Shown here: positions 8,077 through 17,075 of the stretch, one piece after another
How positions within the stretch are numbered: the first letter of the stretch is position 1
Layout of the letters: each line of letters begins with the position of its first letter
IMG/VR virus record: IMGVR_UViG_3300042516_002158
Source: an uncultured virus (IMG/VR IMGVR_UViG_3300042516_002158)
Lineage: Duplodnaviria; Heunggongvirae; Uroviricota; Caudoviricetes
Length of the DNA: 20,000 nt
Direction: 5' to 3' (one strand)
Notes under the pieces: generated by a model
What the model was told of the DNA's origin: nothing
Database searches by the model: none
What the model saw: only the letters and a program-made list of their open reading frames with translations
Translations under genes and position numbers: made by a program

Positions 8077-8666
8077 TAGTTTAATTCCTCTATAATTTGT
8101 CTCATTAAATCTTGTGATCTACAAAAATCTCCACATACATCTACTTCCTTACTAACACTTTCATTCATATTAGTAGGTGATAAAAATGCACCATGTGTTG
8201 ATGGATTAGAAACAAAATCAAATCCAATTAATTCAAAATCTTCTTGTACCATTACGGTTTCATCTCTGTTTGGTTTAACTGAACCTAATCCTCTACTACT
8301 AATACCTAAACGAATATTATGTTTAAATAATTCTTTTAAGATGTTTCCTGCTGGTGTTGATAATACTTCTACTACCCCACATAAATCTTTGTCTTCCCAA
8401 TACATTTCTACAATATTATGAGATACATTCTTTAAGTTAATCACCGTAGATTCTGGATGGTCTAATTCACCCAATGCTCTTCTTTCTTTGATTAGGGTTT
8501 CGTATTTCTTAGATTCTCTCTGCAAAATATGCATTGGATAAATACGATTGTTTTGATTTGCTGCATCTGCTCTTTGAAGTACTCCCTTAACTAAGAATTT
8601 ACCATTTTGGTCTTCCTTAATTTTTCCTTCAAATAAGTTATGTTCTATAATTAAATTCTTTGCCAT
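8076..8666 (-). CDS. gp21: Prohead core protein protease (T4 gp21-like)
   Basis: 196 aa with NQNNRIYP, ALGELDHP, NVSH, GISSRGLGS and DFVSNPS motifs. Confidence 0.95.
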   Translation of the reverse strand: MAKNLIIEHNLFEGKIKEDQNGKFLVKGVLQRADAANQNNRIYPMHILQRESKKYETLIKERRALGELDHPESTVINLKNVSHNIVEMYWEDKDLCGVVEVLSTPAGNILKELFKHNIRLGISSRGLGSVKPNRDETVMVQEDFELIGFDFVSNPSTHGAFLSPTNMNESVSKEVDVCGDFCRSQDLMRQIIEELN

Positions 8667-8667
8667 A

Positions 8668-9504
8668 CTATGATAATAAGTGATAATATTCTTTAAAATG
8701 TTTTATTCTATCTGCTAATCCAATTGTTCCACCATTTACTCTTTTAGTAATTTTTGTTACAACTGTATCACTTGCTCCTTCATCAGCCATCTTATGTAAT
8801 CCGTTTTTGGTAAAGAACCATGCTGCTGATAATAATGCGTATTGAGATGCTACTAAATCTGGATTAACAGTCATATCAATTCCAATAGATTTACCAAATG
8901 CGGTGTAGTTATCTTTACCGGTCAATTGGATATATCCTCTACCTCTAAACTTATATCCATCACCACTTGCTTCAGTTCCGTTACCCATTCTATTAGAATA
9001 CACTTTATTTGCAATCTTTTGTGGGTTTCTATTATAAGGTGCTGCAGCTGCTTCTGTTGGGAAATATTTTTTAAAGATACCATTCAAACCTTTTGCTGAA
9101 TAGTTTAAGTTTTCTTGTGTTAAACGGAATCCACCACTTTCATGTCCACATTGTGCTAAGAAGTGTGCTAATCTTAATGGAGTATTAATTTGGAACTTAG
9201 CTGCCGTATCAGGAATCATAGAGATTACTGCATCTGGAATATGTCCTTTTAGTTTGTCTAATTTTAAACCAGCAATAGGTGCTATTGGAGTTTGAACAGG
9301 AGCAGGAACTGATTGTCCTTCTGCCATAATCATTGCCCATGTTTTATCACCAACTATTCCGTCAGCATCCAAACCATGTGCAGCTTGCCAAGCTTTTACT
9401 GCAGCTTCTGTTTTTGGACCAAAGTTAGTAACAGCTGGTTCGATACCCAACTTTTGTTGCATTAACTTTACGTTTTCGTTATTATCACCTTTCTTTAACA
9501 ACAT
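8668..9504 (-). CDS. Modular endolysin: N-terminal peptidoglycan-binding domain plus GH19 catalytic domain
   Basis: FGPKTEAAVKAWQAAHGLDADGIVGDKTW (PG_binding_1 pattern); HFLAQCGHESGGF, RGRGYIQLTGKDNY and ITKRVNGG (GH19 pattern). Confidence 0.92.
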   Translation of the reverse strand: MLLKKGDNNENVKLMQQKLGIEPAVTNFGPKTEAAVKAWQAAHGLDADGIVGDKTWAMIMAEGQSVPAPVQTPIAPIAGLKLDKLKGHIPDAVISMIPDTAAKFQINTPLRLAHFLAQCGHESGGFRLTQENLNYSAKGLNGIFKKYFPTEAAAAPYNRNPQKIANKVYSNRMGNGTEASGDGYKFRGRGYIQLTGKDNYTAFGKSIGIDMTVNPDLVASQYALLSAAWFFTKNGLHKMADEGASDTVVTKITKRVNGGTIGLADRIKHFKEYYHLLS

Positions 9505-9518
9505 ATACTATTCTCTAA

Positions 9519-10175
9519 TTATTTTTTATTAGCTGCTCTTTTTTTGTCAGTTTCTTGTCTTCTTTTTGTAGCTGCCACTAATTCCTTTTGATATCCAGCC
9601 ATCACACGTTGTGCTTTTTTAAAATATTCACCGTTTTTTGTCATAACTTGCATATTTGATTTTAATTTTTCAATATCACCCTTTAAATCAGTTTCTTGTT
9701 TTGTTGGTGTTCCAATGCTTCTATCACCATCGTTTGATTCGTTTTTACTAGCTCTTAATTTAGCTAAATCATCTGCTTCGATATCACCATCTTTATCCAT
9801 ATCTAATTTAGATTGGTTTCCAGTTAATTCTGCTTCTTTGATTTTCATTCTTTCTTTTAATTCAGTTTGAACACCCTTAGCTAAACTAAAGAATTTTTTC
9901 TTTTGTTCATCACTTAAATCTGCCGGAGAGTTTACACCAAATTTATTCAATAATTTATGAAATATTTTTTGATACTCACCTTCCTCTTTCATTACTTCTC
10001 TAACTATATTTTTTAAAGATTCTCTAGTCATAGTGATTTTATCATCACCCTGAGTTTGAGGTAATCCGTTAGCTACATTTTGTTCAGGTTCTTCGTTTTC
10101 TTTAACTACTGAAGTTTTTGAATTTACTGGTTTTCCCAATACTTGTGGTGATACCAATGAAGTTAATCTTATCAT
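9519..10175 (-). CDS. Hypothetical charged protein with an EF-hand-like loop
   Basis: 218 aa; starts MIRLTSLV; contains DMDKDGDIEADD. Confidence 0.75.
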   Translation of the reverse strand: MIRLTSLVSPQVLGKPVNSKTSVVKENEEPEQNVANGLPQTQGDDKITMTRESLKNIVREVMKEEGEYQKIFHKLLNKFGVNSPADLSDEQKKKFFSLAKGVQTELKERMKIKEAELTGNQSKLDMDKDGDIEADDLAKLRASKNESNDGDRSIGTPTKQETDLKGDIEKLKSNMQVMTKNGEYFKKAQRVMAGYQKELVAATKRRQETDKKRAANKK

Positions 10176-10176
10176 T

Positions 10177-10812
10177 TTATGCCTTTTTTAATCTAATTGT
10201 TTGATATTTATCCATCTTTCTAAAACTAGCTGCTTGTGTTTGTGCAGTTGCTTTAGGTGCTGGTTTTGTTAATGTTACTCTCTTTGCATTAGGATTACTA
10301 CCTTTTGGTGTAGCTGTAACTGCGTATTTTTCTAATGCTCCTGCTTTTTTAGAATCAACTTCCTCTATACTTTCCTCATTTTCAGATTTATCAATTTCTT
10401 GAATAGAGTTAGCTATTTTTATAATTCTTTCTTTGATTCTATAAATATTTGTATTAGTTCTTTTAAAGAAATCATGTTTCCCTAAATTGTTTTCACTTCT
10501 TAATCTATTATACCAACCAACAAATTTTTCAATTTCTGCTAATTGATTTTTTAATTCTCTAATACCATGTGAAACTTTTTGAGATGGAGTTCTTGTCTCA
10601 TCTCTTTTTAATTCTAACCAACGATTTTCTGCTAATTCAAAACCGTCGCCAGTAGATTTAACCTTACGTTCTTTATCACCTTTAGTATTTTTACCAAAAG
10701 CATGTGGAGTATCATATCCTGCTACATTTGCAGTTCCTGTAAATTCTCTAATTCTTTTACGAATAGTTTCTTTCAGTTTAGATAGTTGTTCTTCGGATAG
10801 TTGATTTGACAT
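10177..10812 (-). CDS. Hypothetical head-module protein
   Basis: 211 aa, basic and coiled-coil-like, with VAGYDTPHAFG; AAGGAG 7 nt upstream; overlaps the preceding gene by 35 nt. Confidence 0.75.
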   Translation of the reverse strand: MSNQLSEEQLSKLKETIRKRIREFTGTANVAGYDTPHAFGKNTKGDKERKVKSTGDGFELAENRWLELKRDETRTPSQKVSHGIRELKNQLAEIEKFVGWYNRLRSENNLGKHDFFKRTNTNIYRIKERIIKIANSIQEIDKSENEESIEEVDSKKAGALEKYAVTATPKGSNPNAKRVTLTKPAPKATAQTQAASFRKMDKYQTIRLKKA

Positions 10813-11668
10813 CCTTTAACTCCTTTTGTAATTCATAACACATAATTAACGATGTGATATGATTATCTTTGATTTTACTACTACTAACTATTTTTGATAA
10901 TTGGTTAATTGTTTCTGCTAATTTAATTTTTGTAACTTTATCGGTTATTTTAGTACCAATTTGTTTAAAATCTTTAACCAATACTTTTACTTCATTAACA
11001 ACATATTTTTTTAAGTTGTCAGAATTAGTAAATGAATTGATATATTCTTTTAATAAACCTTTTTGTTGTTCATTAAGATTTGTGTATTTCTTATTAAAGT
11101 TTTCAATTAATACATTATAAGTCAACAAACGAATTTCTTCATCTTCTTTTTTAAGTTGAGTTTCAATTGTTGATTCGGTAATTGCTTTTGTATTAATAGC
11201 CTTTCCAGTTAAATGTTCTACTAATGCATATTTTGTATTAATAAAATCTTTTGGATCGTAATTTTGTTCAGTATTAACCTTATATTCAAATATTTTATAT
11301 ACTGATGCTAATACCTTATAGTTTGGTATTTGAGAACGTAAAAACTCATCAATAGAGTAATTATCTTTAATCTCTTTAATTAGATTATATTTCTCTTTCA
11401 AGATTTTCTTTTCGTCTAATTTAGCTCTACTGTCAATTACTGCATCTACAAACTTTTCAGCTCTATTCTCACTATTATATTTTTCAGATACAATAAATTG
11501 ATAAAGTTTCAATTCATTAGACAATTCTGTCTTTGAATTAAAATACTTTTTTAATAATCCTTCTGCGATACCTTTTCTATTATTTAAAATATCTGAGGTC
11601 ACTTGTCTTACAAGCAATTCGAAAAGGAAGCCTGTGTTTCTAAATTTTGAATGTTTAATTTGTTTCAT
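10778..11668 (-). CDS. Hypothetical helical protein downstream of portal (possible prohead core component)
   Basis: 296 aa starting MKQIKHSKFRNTGFLFELL. Function inferred only from its position between portal and protease. Confidence 0.75.
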   Translation of the reverse strand: MKQIKHSKFRNTGFLFELLVRQVTSDILNNRKGIAEGLLKKYFNSKTELSNELKLYQFIVSEKYNSENRAEKFVDAVIDSRAKLDEKKILKEKYNLIKEIKDNYSIDEFLRSQIPNYKVLASVYKIFEYKVNTEQNYDPKDFINTKYALVEHLTGKAINTKAITESTIETQLKKEDEEIRLLTYNVLIENFNKKYTNLNEQQKGLLKEYINSFTNSDNLKKYVVNEVKVLVKDFKQIGTKITDKVTKIKLAETINQLSKIVSSSKIKDNHITSLIMCYELQKELKDVKSTIRRTTI

Positions 11669-11687
11669 TTATATACATTGTTCCATT

Positions 11688-11696
11688 TATAAATAT
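11688..11696 (-). promoter_or_regulatory. ATATTTATA upstream motif
   Basis: Exact copy 19 nt upstream of the ATG at 11668. Confidence 0.6.
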
Positions 11697-11714
11697 ATAC
11701 TCTTAAAATAAGAA

Positions 11715-13583
11715 CTAATTTTCTATGATATTTTGTTCATCCATCATTGAATTTCCTTCTCTTATTATCTGTTTTCCATCTTTTTTGATAGATTTTTTAA
11801 TCATATCAATAAAATTTTCGTTTTTACTTTGATTTCTCCAGTCTTTTTTACCCAACGGATCTCTACCAAATGGTGATTTATCCTTTCCATAAGTAGTATG
11901 AGATGATGGTCTTCCAACTGGTTTTGCACTTTCTTCTACTTCACCATCCATTCCCAATTCTTTTTCTAATGAAGAAAGTTGATCTTCAATATCTAAAGGT
12001 TGTCCTTCTGGTTGTGGTTCTTCTTCTGGTTGTTCCTCACCTTGTTGAACATCCATAGGATTACCTTCTTCATCAGTACCCAATTCAGGTTGTTGTCCTA
12101 ACATACCTTGTTGCTCTTGTGGTTTTTCTGTTCCGGTTTGTTCTAAGTTATTTAATACAAATGTTAATTTAGCATCATCTTTTAATGCTTCTCTTTGTAA
12201 TTCTGCTTCTTCAAATGTAAAATTAAGAATATTTTTATACATCCAATCTTTAGATATAATCTTTAATTGATCCATTTTTTGGATTAATTCAATTTTAGCT
12301 GTCCAAAGATTTACTTTTTCTTGTTCGTATATTACTGATGGTACTGTTAAACTTAATTCAAAATTAGTTAATTCCGTATCATCAATACCTTGTGCGTATA
12401 AATGGGCGATTGCAATCTTTTCTAATCCATCAACTACAATTCTTTGTAATCTTTCGATTGTTTTTGCAAATCTCATATCTTGTCCGGCTAATGTTGCTTT
12501 TGAGTTACCATCTTCAATATATCCTAAATGTTGTTTAGGTATTTTTAAAGCTGCAAACATTTTATTCTTTAAGTAATCAATATCCTCAATAGGTGAATAC
12601 TCTAATCCATCTAAGTTTGTAATTTCAGTTCCACTATCACTACCTCTAACAGGTAAATAGAAATCTTCCATTAAGTTTTGAATATTATACTTTAAGTTAT
12701 ATTCACCAGTCGTAGAGTTAACGTATGGAGTTTTTTTAGATTTGTTGATAATTCTTTGAACATACTGATCAACTTCATTTGGTGGAATACCACCTACATC
12801 TATCTTAAAAATTCTCTTTTGTGGTGCTCTAACAATTCTATGAATAATCATAGCATCTTCCATTAAAGATAATTGTTTCCACAATCTTCTTGCACTTTCT
12901 AAGAATGATTTTCCGTAAGGTAAGAAATTGGTATCACTTAATAATCTAAAGTGTGCCATTTCATAGTTCTCATATTCTTGCTTTTGTCCAGCAACGAACA
13001 TAGATTTTGTTGCTAATGGAGTATGAACAAACTTAACTGCTTGCCAATTATTTGGGTCAAATCCTTCTACTCTTGTAATTTCATAAGTTGATAATGGTTG
13101 AACACCTATTATACCCAATTTATCTGCAATTTCTAAATGTAAAAAGAAATCACCATATTTAACCAAATTTCTTGTCCAAGGCCATAAATTGAAATCAACA
13201 TTAAGAACATCATAAAATAAATTATCTAATAATTCTTTTATTTGTTCGTTGTTAGTTTTAATTTCTACCACTCTACCATACTCATTTCTAGCCGTTGATT
13301 CATCTGCGTAAATATCCAATGCTGCACCGATAATTGGGTCCATATCCATTGAATCATAATCTCTAAATAATTCTTGTCTTATTTGCTGATATGCTAAATA
13401 ATTTTCATAAGTAGAGTTCATTGATGATGAGTGAAGACGAGTGTATCTATCTCTAAGGTTAGTAGCGATAGCCTGTGTTTCATCAAAATCAATTATTTTA
13501 ATCTTACCATCTGCTGTTCTACGAACCATTGTGGTTGTGGAGAACAGCTTTTTAAGCCTTCCGTATATTGTAGTATCTGCCAT
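11715..13583 (-). CDS. gp20: Portal protein (T4 gp20-like)
   Basis: 622 aa with PYGKSFLESARRLWKQLSLMEDAMIIHRIVRAPQKRIFKIDVG, EDFYLPVRG...GTEITNL and DIDYLKNKMFAALKIP; acidic Q/E/P-rich C-terminal extension. Confidence 0.95.
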   Translation of the reverse strand: MADTTIYGRLKKLFSTTTMVRRTADGKIKIIDFDETQAIATNLRDRYTRLHSSSMNSTYENYLAYQQIRQELFRDYDSMDMDPIIGAALDIYADESTARNEYGRVVEIKTNNEQIKELLDNLFYDVLNVDFNLWPWTRNLVKYGDFFLHLEIADKLGIIGVQPLSTYEITRVEGFDPNNWQAVKFVHTPLATKSMFVAGQKQEYENYEMAHFRLLSDTNFLPYGKSFLESARRLWKQLSLMEDAMIIHRIVRAPQKRIFKIDVGGIPPNEVDQYVQRIINKSKKTPYVNSTTGEYNLKYNIQNLMEDFYLPVRGSDSGTEITNLDGLEYSPIEDIDYLKNKMFAALKIPKQHLGYIEDGNSKATLAGQDMRFAKTIERLQRIVVDGLEKIAIAHLYAQGIDDTELTNFELSLTVPSVIYEQEKVNLWTAKIELIQKMDQLKIISKDWMYKNILNFTFEEAELQREALKDDAKLTFVLNNLEQTGTEKPQEQQGMLGQQPELGTDEEGNPMDVQQGEEQPEEEPQPEGQPLDIEDQLSSLEKELGMDGEVEESAKPVGRPSSHTTYGKDKSPFGRDPLGKKDWRNQSKNENFIDMIKKSIKKDGKQIIREGNSMMDEQNIIEN

Positions 13584-13591
13584 AATTTATT

Positions 13592-14137
13592 TTACCATTT
13601 TCTACAAGACCAATATCTTGCTTTTGTTCTCGGTCCTGGATTATCACAATTGTGTCTAGCTCTAAACGATTTTCTCGCTTTTGGGTTAGATTTTCTTATT
13701 TTCATTGTTTTCTCACCCTTAGCCGCTGCCGATGTTCCACCGTGTCCAAAGTTTACTTTAACAACATTACCTGCTGGATTTTTTACATAAACTTTAAATT
13801 TCTTAACATCACCTCTCATTGGTTTGCCCAATGGAACTTTTCTACCTTGATATTCTGCTTCTTCGATTACCGATTCGTTATATGCTTCTCTTTCTCTTTG
13901 TTTTGTTTTCATAAAAGAAATAAAATCATCATAATCATATTCGTTTTCTACATCATATTCATCATAATCACCTGCATCTTCATAATCACCACACTCTTCA
14001 CAATGTTCTTCCGAAATATTACCGAACCCAGTTCCACTATATATTTTACCTAATTCAATTTCTTGACCATTTTCCATAGTTATTGATTTCCTACTTGAAG
14101 GTAAACCAAAAAATTCATATAAAAAACTTTTCTTCAT
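13592..14137 (-). CDS. Phage protein with an acidic N-terminal half and basic C-terminal domain
   Basis: The ORF track starts at TTG 14161; ATG 14137 with AGGA 8 nt upstream is more likely. The C-terminal KKFKVYVKN..GNVVKVNFG...ARKSFRARHNC...KARYWSC resembles a domain of unknown function recurrent in aquatic phages. Confidence 0.75.
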   Translation of the reverse strand: MKKSFLYEFFGLPSSRKSITMENGQEIELGKIYSGTGFGNISEEHCEECGDYEDAGDYDEYDVENEYDYDDFISFMKTKQREREAYNESVIEEAEYQGRKVPLGKPMRGDVKKFKVYVKNPAGNVVKVNFGHGGTSAAAKGEKTMKIRKSNPKARKSFRARHNCDNPGPRTKARYWSCRKW

Positions 14138-14163
14138 ACTTTTTTTCCTATTATTATACAATA

Positions 14164-14172
14164 TATAAATAT
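14164..14172 (-). promoter_or_regulatory. ATATTTATA upstream motif
   Basis: Exact copy just after the terminase stop, 26 nt upstream of ATG 14137. Confidence 0.6.
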
Positions 14173-14176
14173 CAAC

Positions 14177-15766
14177 TTATCGAATTAACCATCTCAAGTC
14201 TTCAAAATCATCTTTATTAACTTGCATTTGATACGGATCTACTCTTAAATCATCGTTTGTATAAACTGGATTATACTCACTTTTTTGAAATCCATTTAAT
14301 GCACTTCTACTCATACCCACTCGTTCACCCTGTAATCTAAGTGCAGTATCTCTAACCCACAATCCAATACCTAACGCCATAGTTAAATCATCATTATAAC
14401 CCCTTGCTGCCTCTGCTCTACCATTTGCCCATACAAAGGTAAACAACTCATCTATCGTTCTCTTAGACCTTATTACAACGGATTTATCCTTCATATAAGC
14501 ATCTATCTTAGAAACAATCATAGGACGAGTTCTGGTTGTAATTGTAAAACCAGGAATCATTTGTTTTTGTTCTCTATAATATTTGTTTGTAAATTGAGTA
14601 TCTACATCTACATACTGAATATCTTTAGGTTGCCAAAATAAATTTTTATAATCTCTATCTAATATTTGTTGTATTGTTGCCCATCCAATATTTGCATTAT
14701 CTACAATTAATAGTGCATCATTATAATCCGTTGCTACACTTATTAATAAATTGGCAAAATCTTTAGGGTCTATCTTTCCTTTATATTCTGCAACTTGTTC
14801 CATTGATTCAATATCGATTACATGAAACGCAGAATAATCGGCACCATCACCTCTAGCAACATCCGCTGTAACTACATATGTTTTTGTATAATCCGGCTTA
14901 TTCCAAACCCATAGATTATTATCAAATCCTCTCTTTTCCTCAGGATCTTTTATGTAATTAGCAATATACCATTGTAATAATTCACCATCAATTACATTAT
15001 CACCCGAAGAAATGAAATCACAATCACACTCTTGTGCTGCCTGTTTTTCACCTAATTGTTGTGTTTGTTCATCTCTCCAATCTTGTTCTCTATCAGGATG
15101 TACCGTCCAGTGAAGTTTGATAGGATTAAACAAATTGTCACCGTTTTCTGCACCTACCCACATTCTATGAAACCAATTACCCACACCATTCGGAGTAGAA
15201 AGTGCAATACAGTCACCACCCGTCGCAAGTGTTAACTGAGTACCAGTCCATATCTCATCAATGTAATCGATAAAGGCTGCTTCATCAAATACTAATAGTG
15301 ATAAGGCTTCCGAACGACCAGAGTCAGGTTTGGAAGATACCGCTTTTACTTGTGAACCATTTTTTAATCTAAGGGAGAGTTTGTTATCTTCTGATTCAGA
15401 TACTCTTAACCATACCGGTAGTAACTGATTCATTGTTCTAACTTTCAATACTAAGTTCTTTGCTACATCTTGTTTGTTCGCAATAATAAGAACGTTAAAA
15501 TCCTCATTAAATATCATTTTCCATAGTGCATAACCTGCTACTAATGTTGATATACCCAACTGACGAGATTTTAAAACAATATTGTATCTATTATCTTTAA
15601 AATCTGTTAGGGTATCTTCCTGAAACGGATATAATTCAAAGGGAATTTTTCCTCTAATTGGATGCTGAATTTTACAATATTTTTTCATAAAGTATACCGG
15701 ATCACCAGCACACTTTTGATATTGTTCCTTAATTACATCCTTTAGGGATTTTTGGGGAGTATTCAT
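14177..15766 (-). CDS. terL: Terminase large subunit (T4 gp17-like)
   Basis: 529 aa; LYPFQ adenine-binding motif, KSRQLGIST Walker A, LLVFDEAAF Walker B, STPNG coupling motif, nuclease motifs ADVARGDGADYS and NDDL. No intein or intron apparent. Confidence 0.97.
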   Translation of the reverse strand: MNTPQKSLKDVIKEQYQKCAGDPVYFMKKYCKIQHPIRGKIPFELYPFQEDTLTDFKDNRYNIVLKSRQLGISTLVAGYALWKMIFNEDFNVLIIANKQDVAKNLVLKVRTMNQLLPVWLRVSESEDNKLSLRLKNGSQVKAVSSKPDSGRSEALSLLVFDEAAFIDYIDEIWTGTQLTLATGGDCIALSTPNGVGNWFHRMWVGAENGDNLFNPIKLHWTVHPDREQDWRDEQTQQLGEKQAAQECDCDFISSGDNVIDGELLQWYIANYIKDPEEKRGFDNNLWVWNKPDYTKTYVVTADVARGDGADYSAFHVIDIESMEQVAEYKGKIDPKDFANLLISVATDYNDALLIVDNANIGWATIQQILDRDYKNLFWQPKDIQYVDVDTQFTNKYYREQKQMIPGFTITTRTRPMIVSKIDAYMKDKSVVIRSKRTIDELFTFVWANGRAEAARGYNDDLTMALGIGLWVRDTALRLQGERVGMSRSALNGFQKSEYNPVYTNDDLRVDPYQMQVNKDDFEDLRWLIR

Positions 15767-16413
15767 TATTTTTTCAACTTAATCTTCCAATAAACACCAG
15801 CTCCAATATATGGTGATAATGTTCCATTAGTTCCATCGGTTACTCTATTAGCAACACCAACACCTAAATTATAGATTTTGTCTTTTTTAGTTTTTATAAT
15901 TAATCCTGCACCAACATTTGAAATTACATCTTCTTTGTTGAATCCACCAGTTAAACCATAATATACTTGTGTTTTTGGTAATTCTTTAACAATAAGTGTT
16001 TCTTTAATTTCTCTTTGTTTTACTTTTGCATCAAATGTTCTACCCCATATTTTGTTTTGGGAAATTGTATCAGTTACTGCAATTGTTCCTAATGAATCAG
16101 GTAATACTAATACATCTTTATATAATACTTTTGAGTAGTAATCTTTTAATAGTGCTGCCGTATCTACTACTGCAGGAATGATTATTTCTTTCTCTACGAT
16201 TGTTTCGTGATAGATATCTTCACCTTTCTTAGTTACTACTTTAGTTTTAACTACTTCAAATGTATCTATATCATGTTTGATTACTTCATATTTTTTTCCT
16301 TCAATACGAATAGTTTTTCCACCTGGCATTACACCACCTGGGTTAAACCATTGTAATAATACGAATAAGATTAATGCAACAATTGCTATGTTCTTAAAGT
16401 TCAAAAATTTCAT
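15766..16413 (-). CDS. Membrane-anchored or exported protein with C-terminal amphipathic beta-strands (candidate spanin-like lysis protein)
   Basis: Basic N-terminus plus hydrophobic IAIVALILFVLLQWF; C-terminal strands YYGLTGGF, VGAGLII, YNLGVGV, YIGAGVYWKI. Function is inference. Confidence 0.6.
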   Translation of the reverse strand: MKFLNFKNIAIVALILFVLLQWFNPGGVMPGGKTIRIEGKKYEVIKHDIDTFEVVKTKVVTKKGEDIYHETIVEKEIIIPAVVDTAALLKDYYSKVLYKDVLVLPDSLGTIAVTDTISQNKIWGRTFDAKVKQREIKETLIVKELPKTQVYYGLTGGFNKEDVISNVGAGLIIKTKKDKIYNLGVGVANRVTDGTNGTLSPYIGAGVYWKIKLKK

Positions 16414-17059
16414 TATATACCTCTTTTATTTTTTTAAAATTTGTTTCTGTTTCTGTTTCTAATCTTTCTATTTCAGATACCGCTTCTTCAATATCTGCTT
16501 CAATATTTTTCTTTACTTGTTCAATATCACCATCAAAACTCCACTTTTCAATACTACCATCTGCCTGTATAAATTGTGGTTGTGTTTCAACATCTCTTCT
16601 CGCTTGTATAAATCTAGCTAACATATCTTTTACATATGATAATTGATTTGCTGTCATTTTCCAAGTTTCGTAATCATTCCATATTCCTTTAACTCTAAAT
16701 TGATGTTCTTTAGTTGCTAAACAATTTATACAATATCCTGTTTTTCTAGCATATATTAAATTGTTTCCAGAAAGTTTACCAGTCTCACATTTTTCATTTT
16801 TACATTGATCTAATGATTGGATATAATTTCTAACACTATCCATTTGTGTTACTCTCGAAATAAATCCGTCATGTTGTTCCCACTCCTTTCCATCTGCATC
16901 AATCCAAGTATCACCAACTTCTCTTTTTTCCTTAGGTCCAGCTGTCCATCCTACCGTTGCGTTCCCATTATCTCTACCATGCATTACATCCAAAATCTTT
17001 TTCCTACTTGGATGCATCCATTGTTTCTTATCCTTATTTCCTTTACTCTTAATTAACAT
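16394..17059 (-). CDS. Hypothetical protein with a putative Zn-binding motif
   Basis: 221 aa; REVGDTWIDADGKEWEQ hairpin-like segment, then CKNEKC...CINC and a C-terminal coiled coil. Confidence 0.75.
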   Translation of the reverse strand: MLIKSKGNKDKKQWMHPSRKKILDVMHGRDNGNATVGWTAGPKEKREVGDTWIDADGKEWEQHDGFISRVTQMDSVRNYIQSLDQCKNEKCETGKLSGNNLIYARKTGYCINCLATKEHQFRVKGIWNDYETWKMTANQLSYVKDMLARFIQARRDVETQPQFIQADGSIEKWSFDGDIEQVKKNIEADIEEAVSEIERLETETETNFKKIKEVYNEIFEL

Positions 17060-17075
17060 ACAATATAACTTTATA

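Noticed and set aside
14138..14161. TTG start at 14161
   Set aside because: It is only 2 nt from the upstream motif and has no RBS; ATG 14137 has AGGA at a normal spacing.
11715..15766. Intein or intron in terminase or portal
   Set aside because: Both ORFs are continuous, of expected size, and lack splice-junction or homing-endonuclease motifs.
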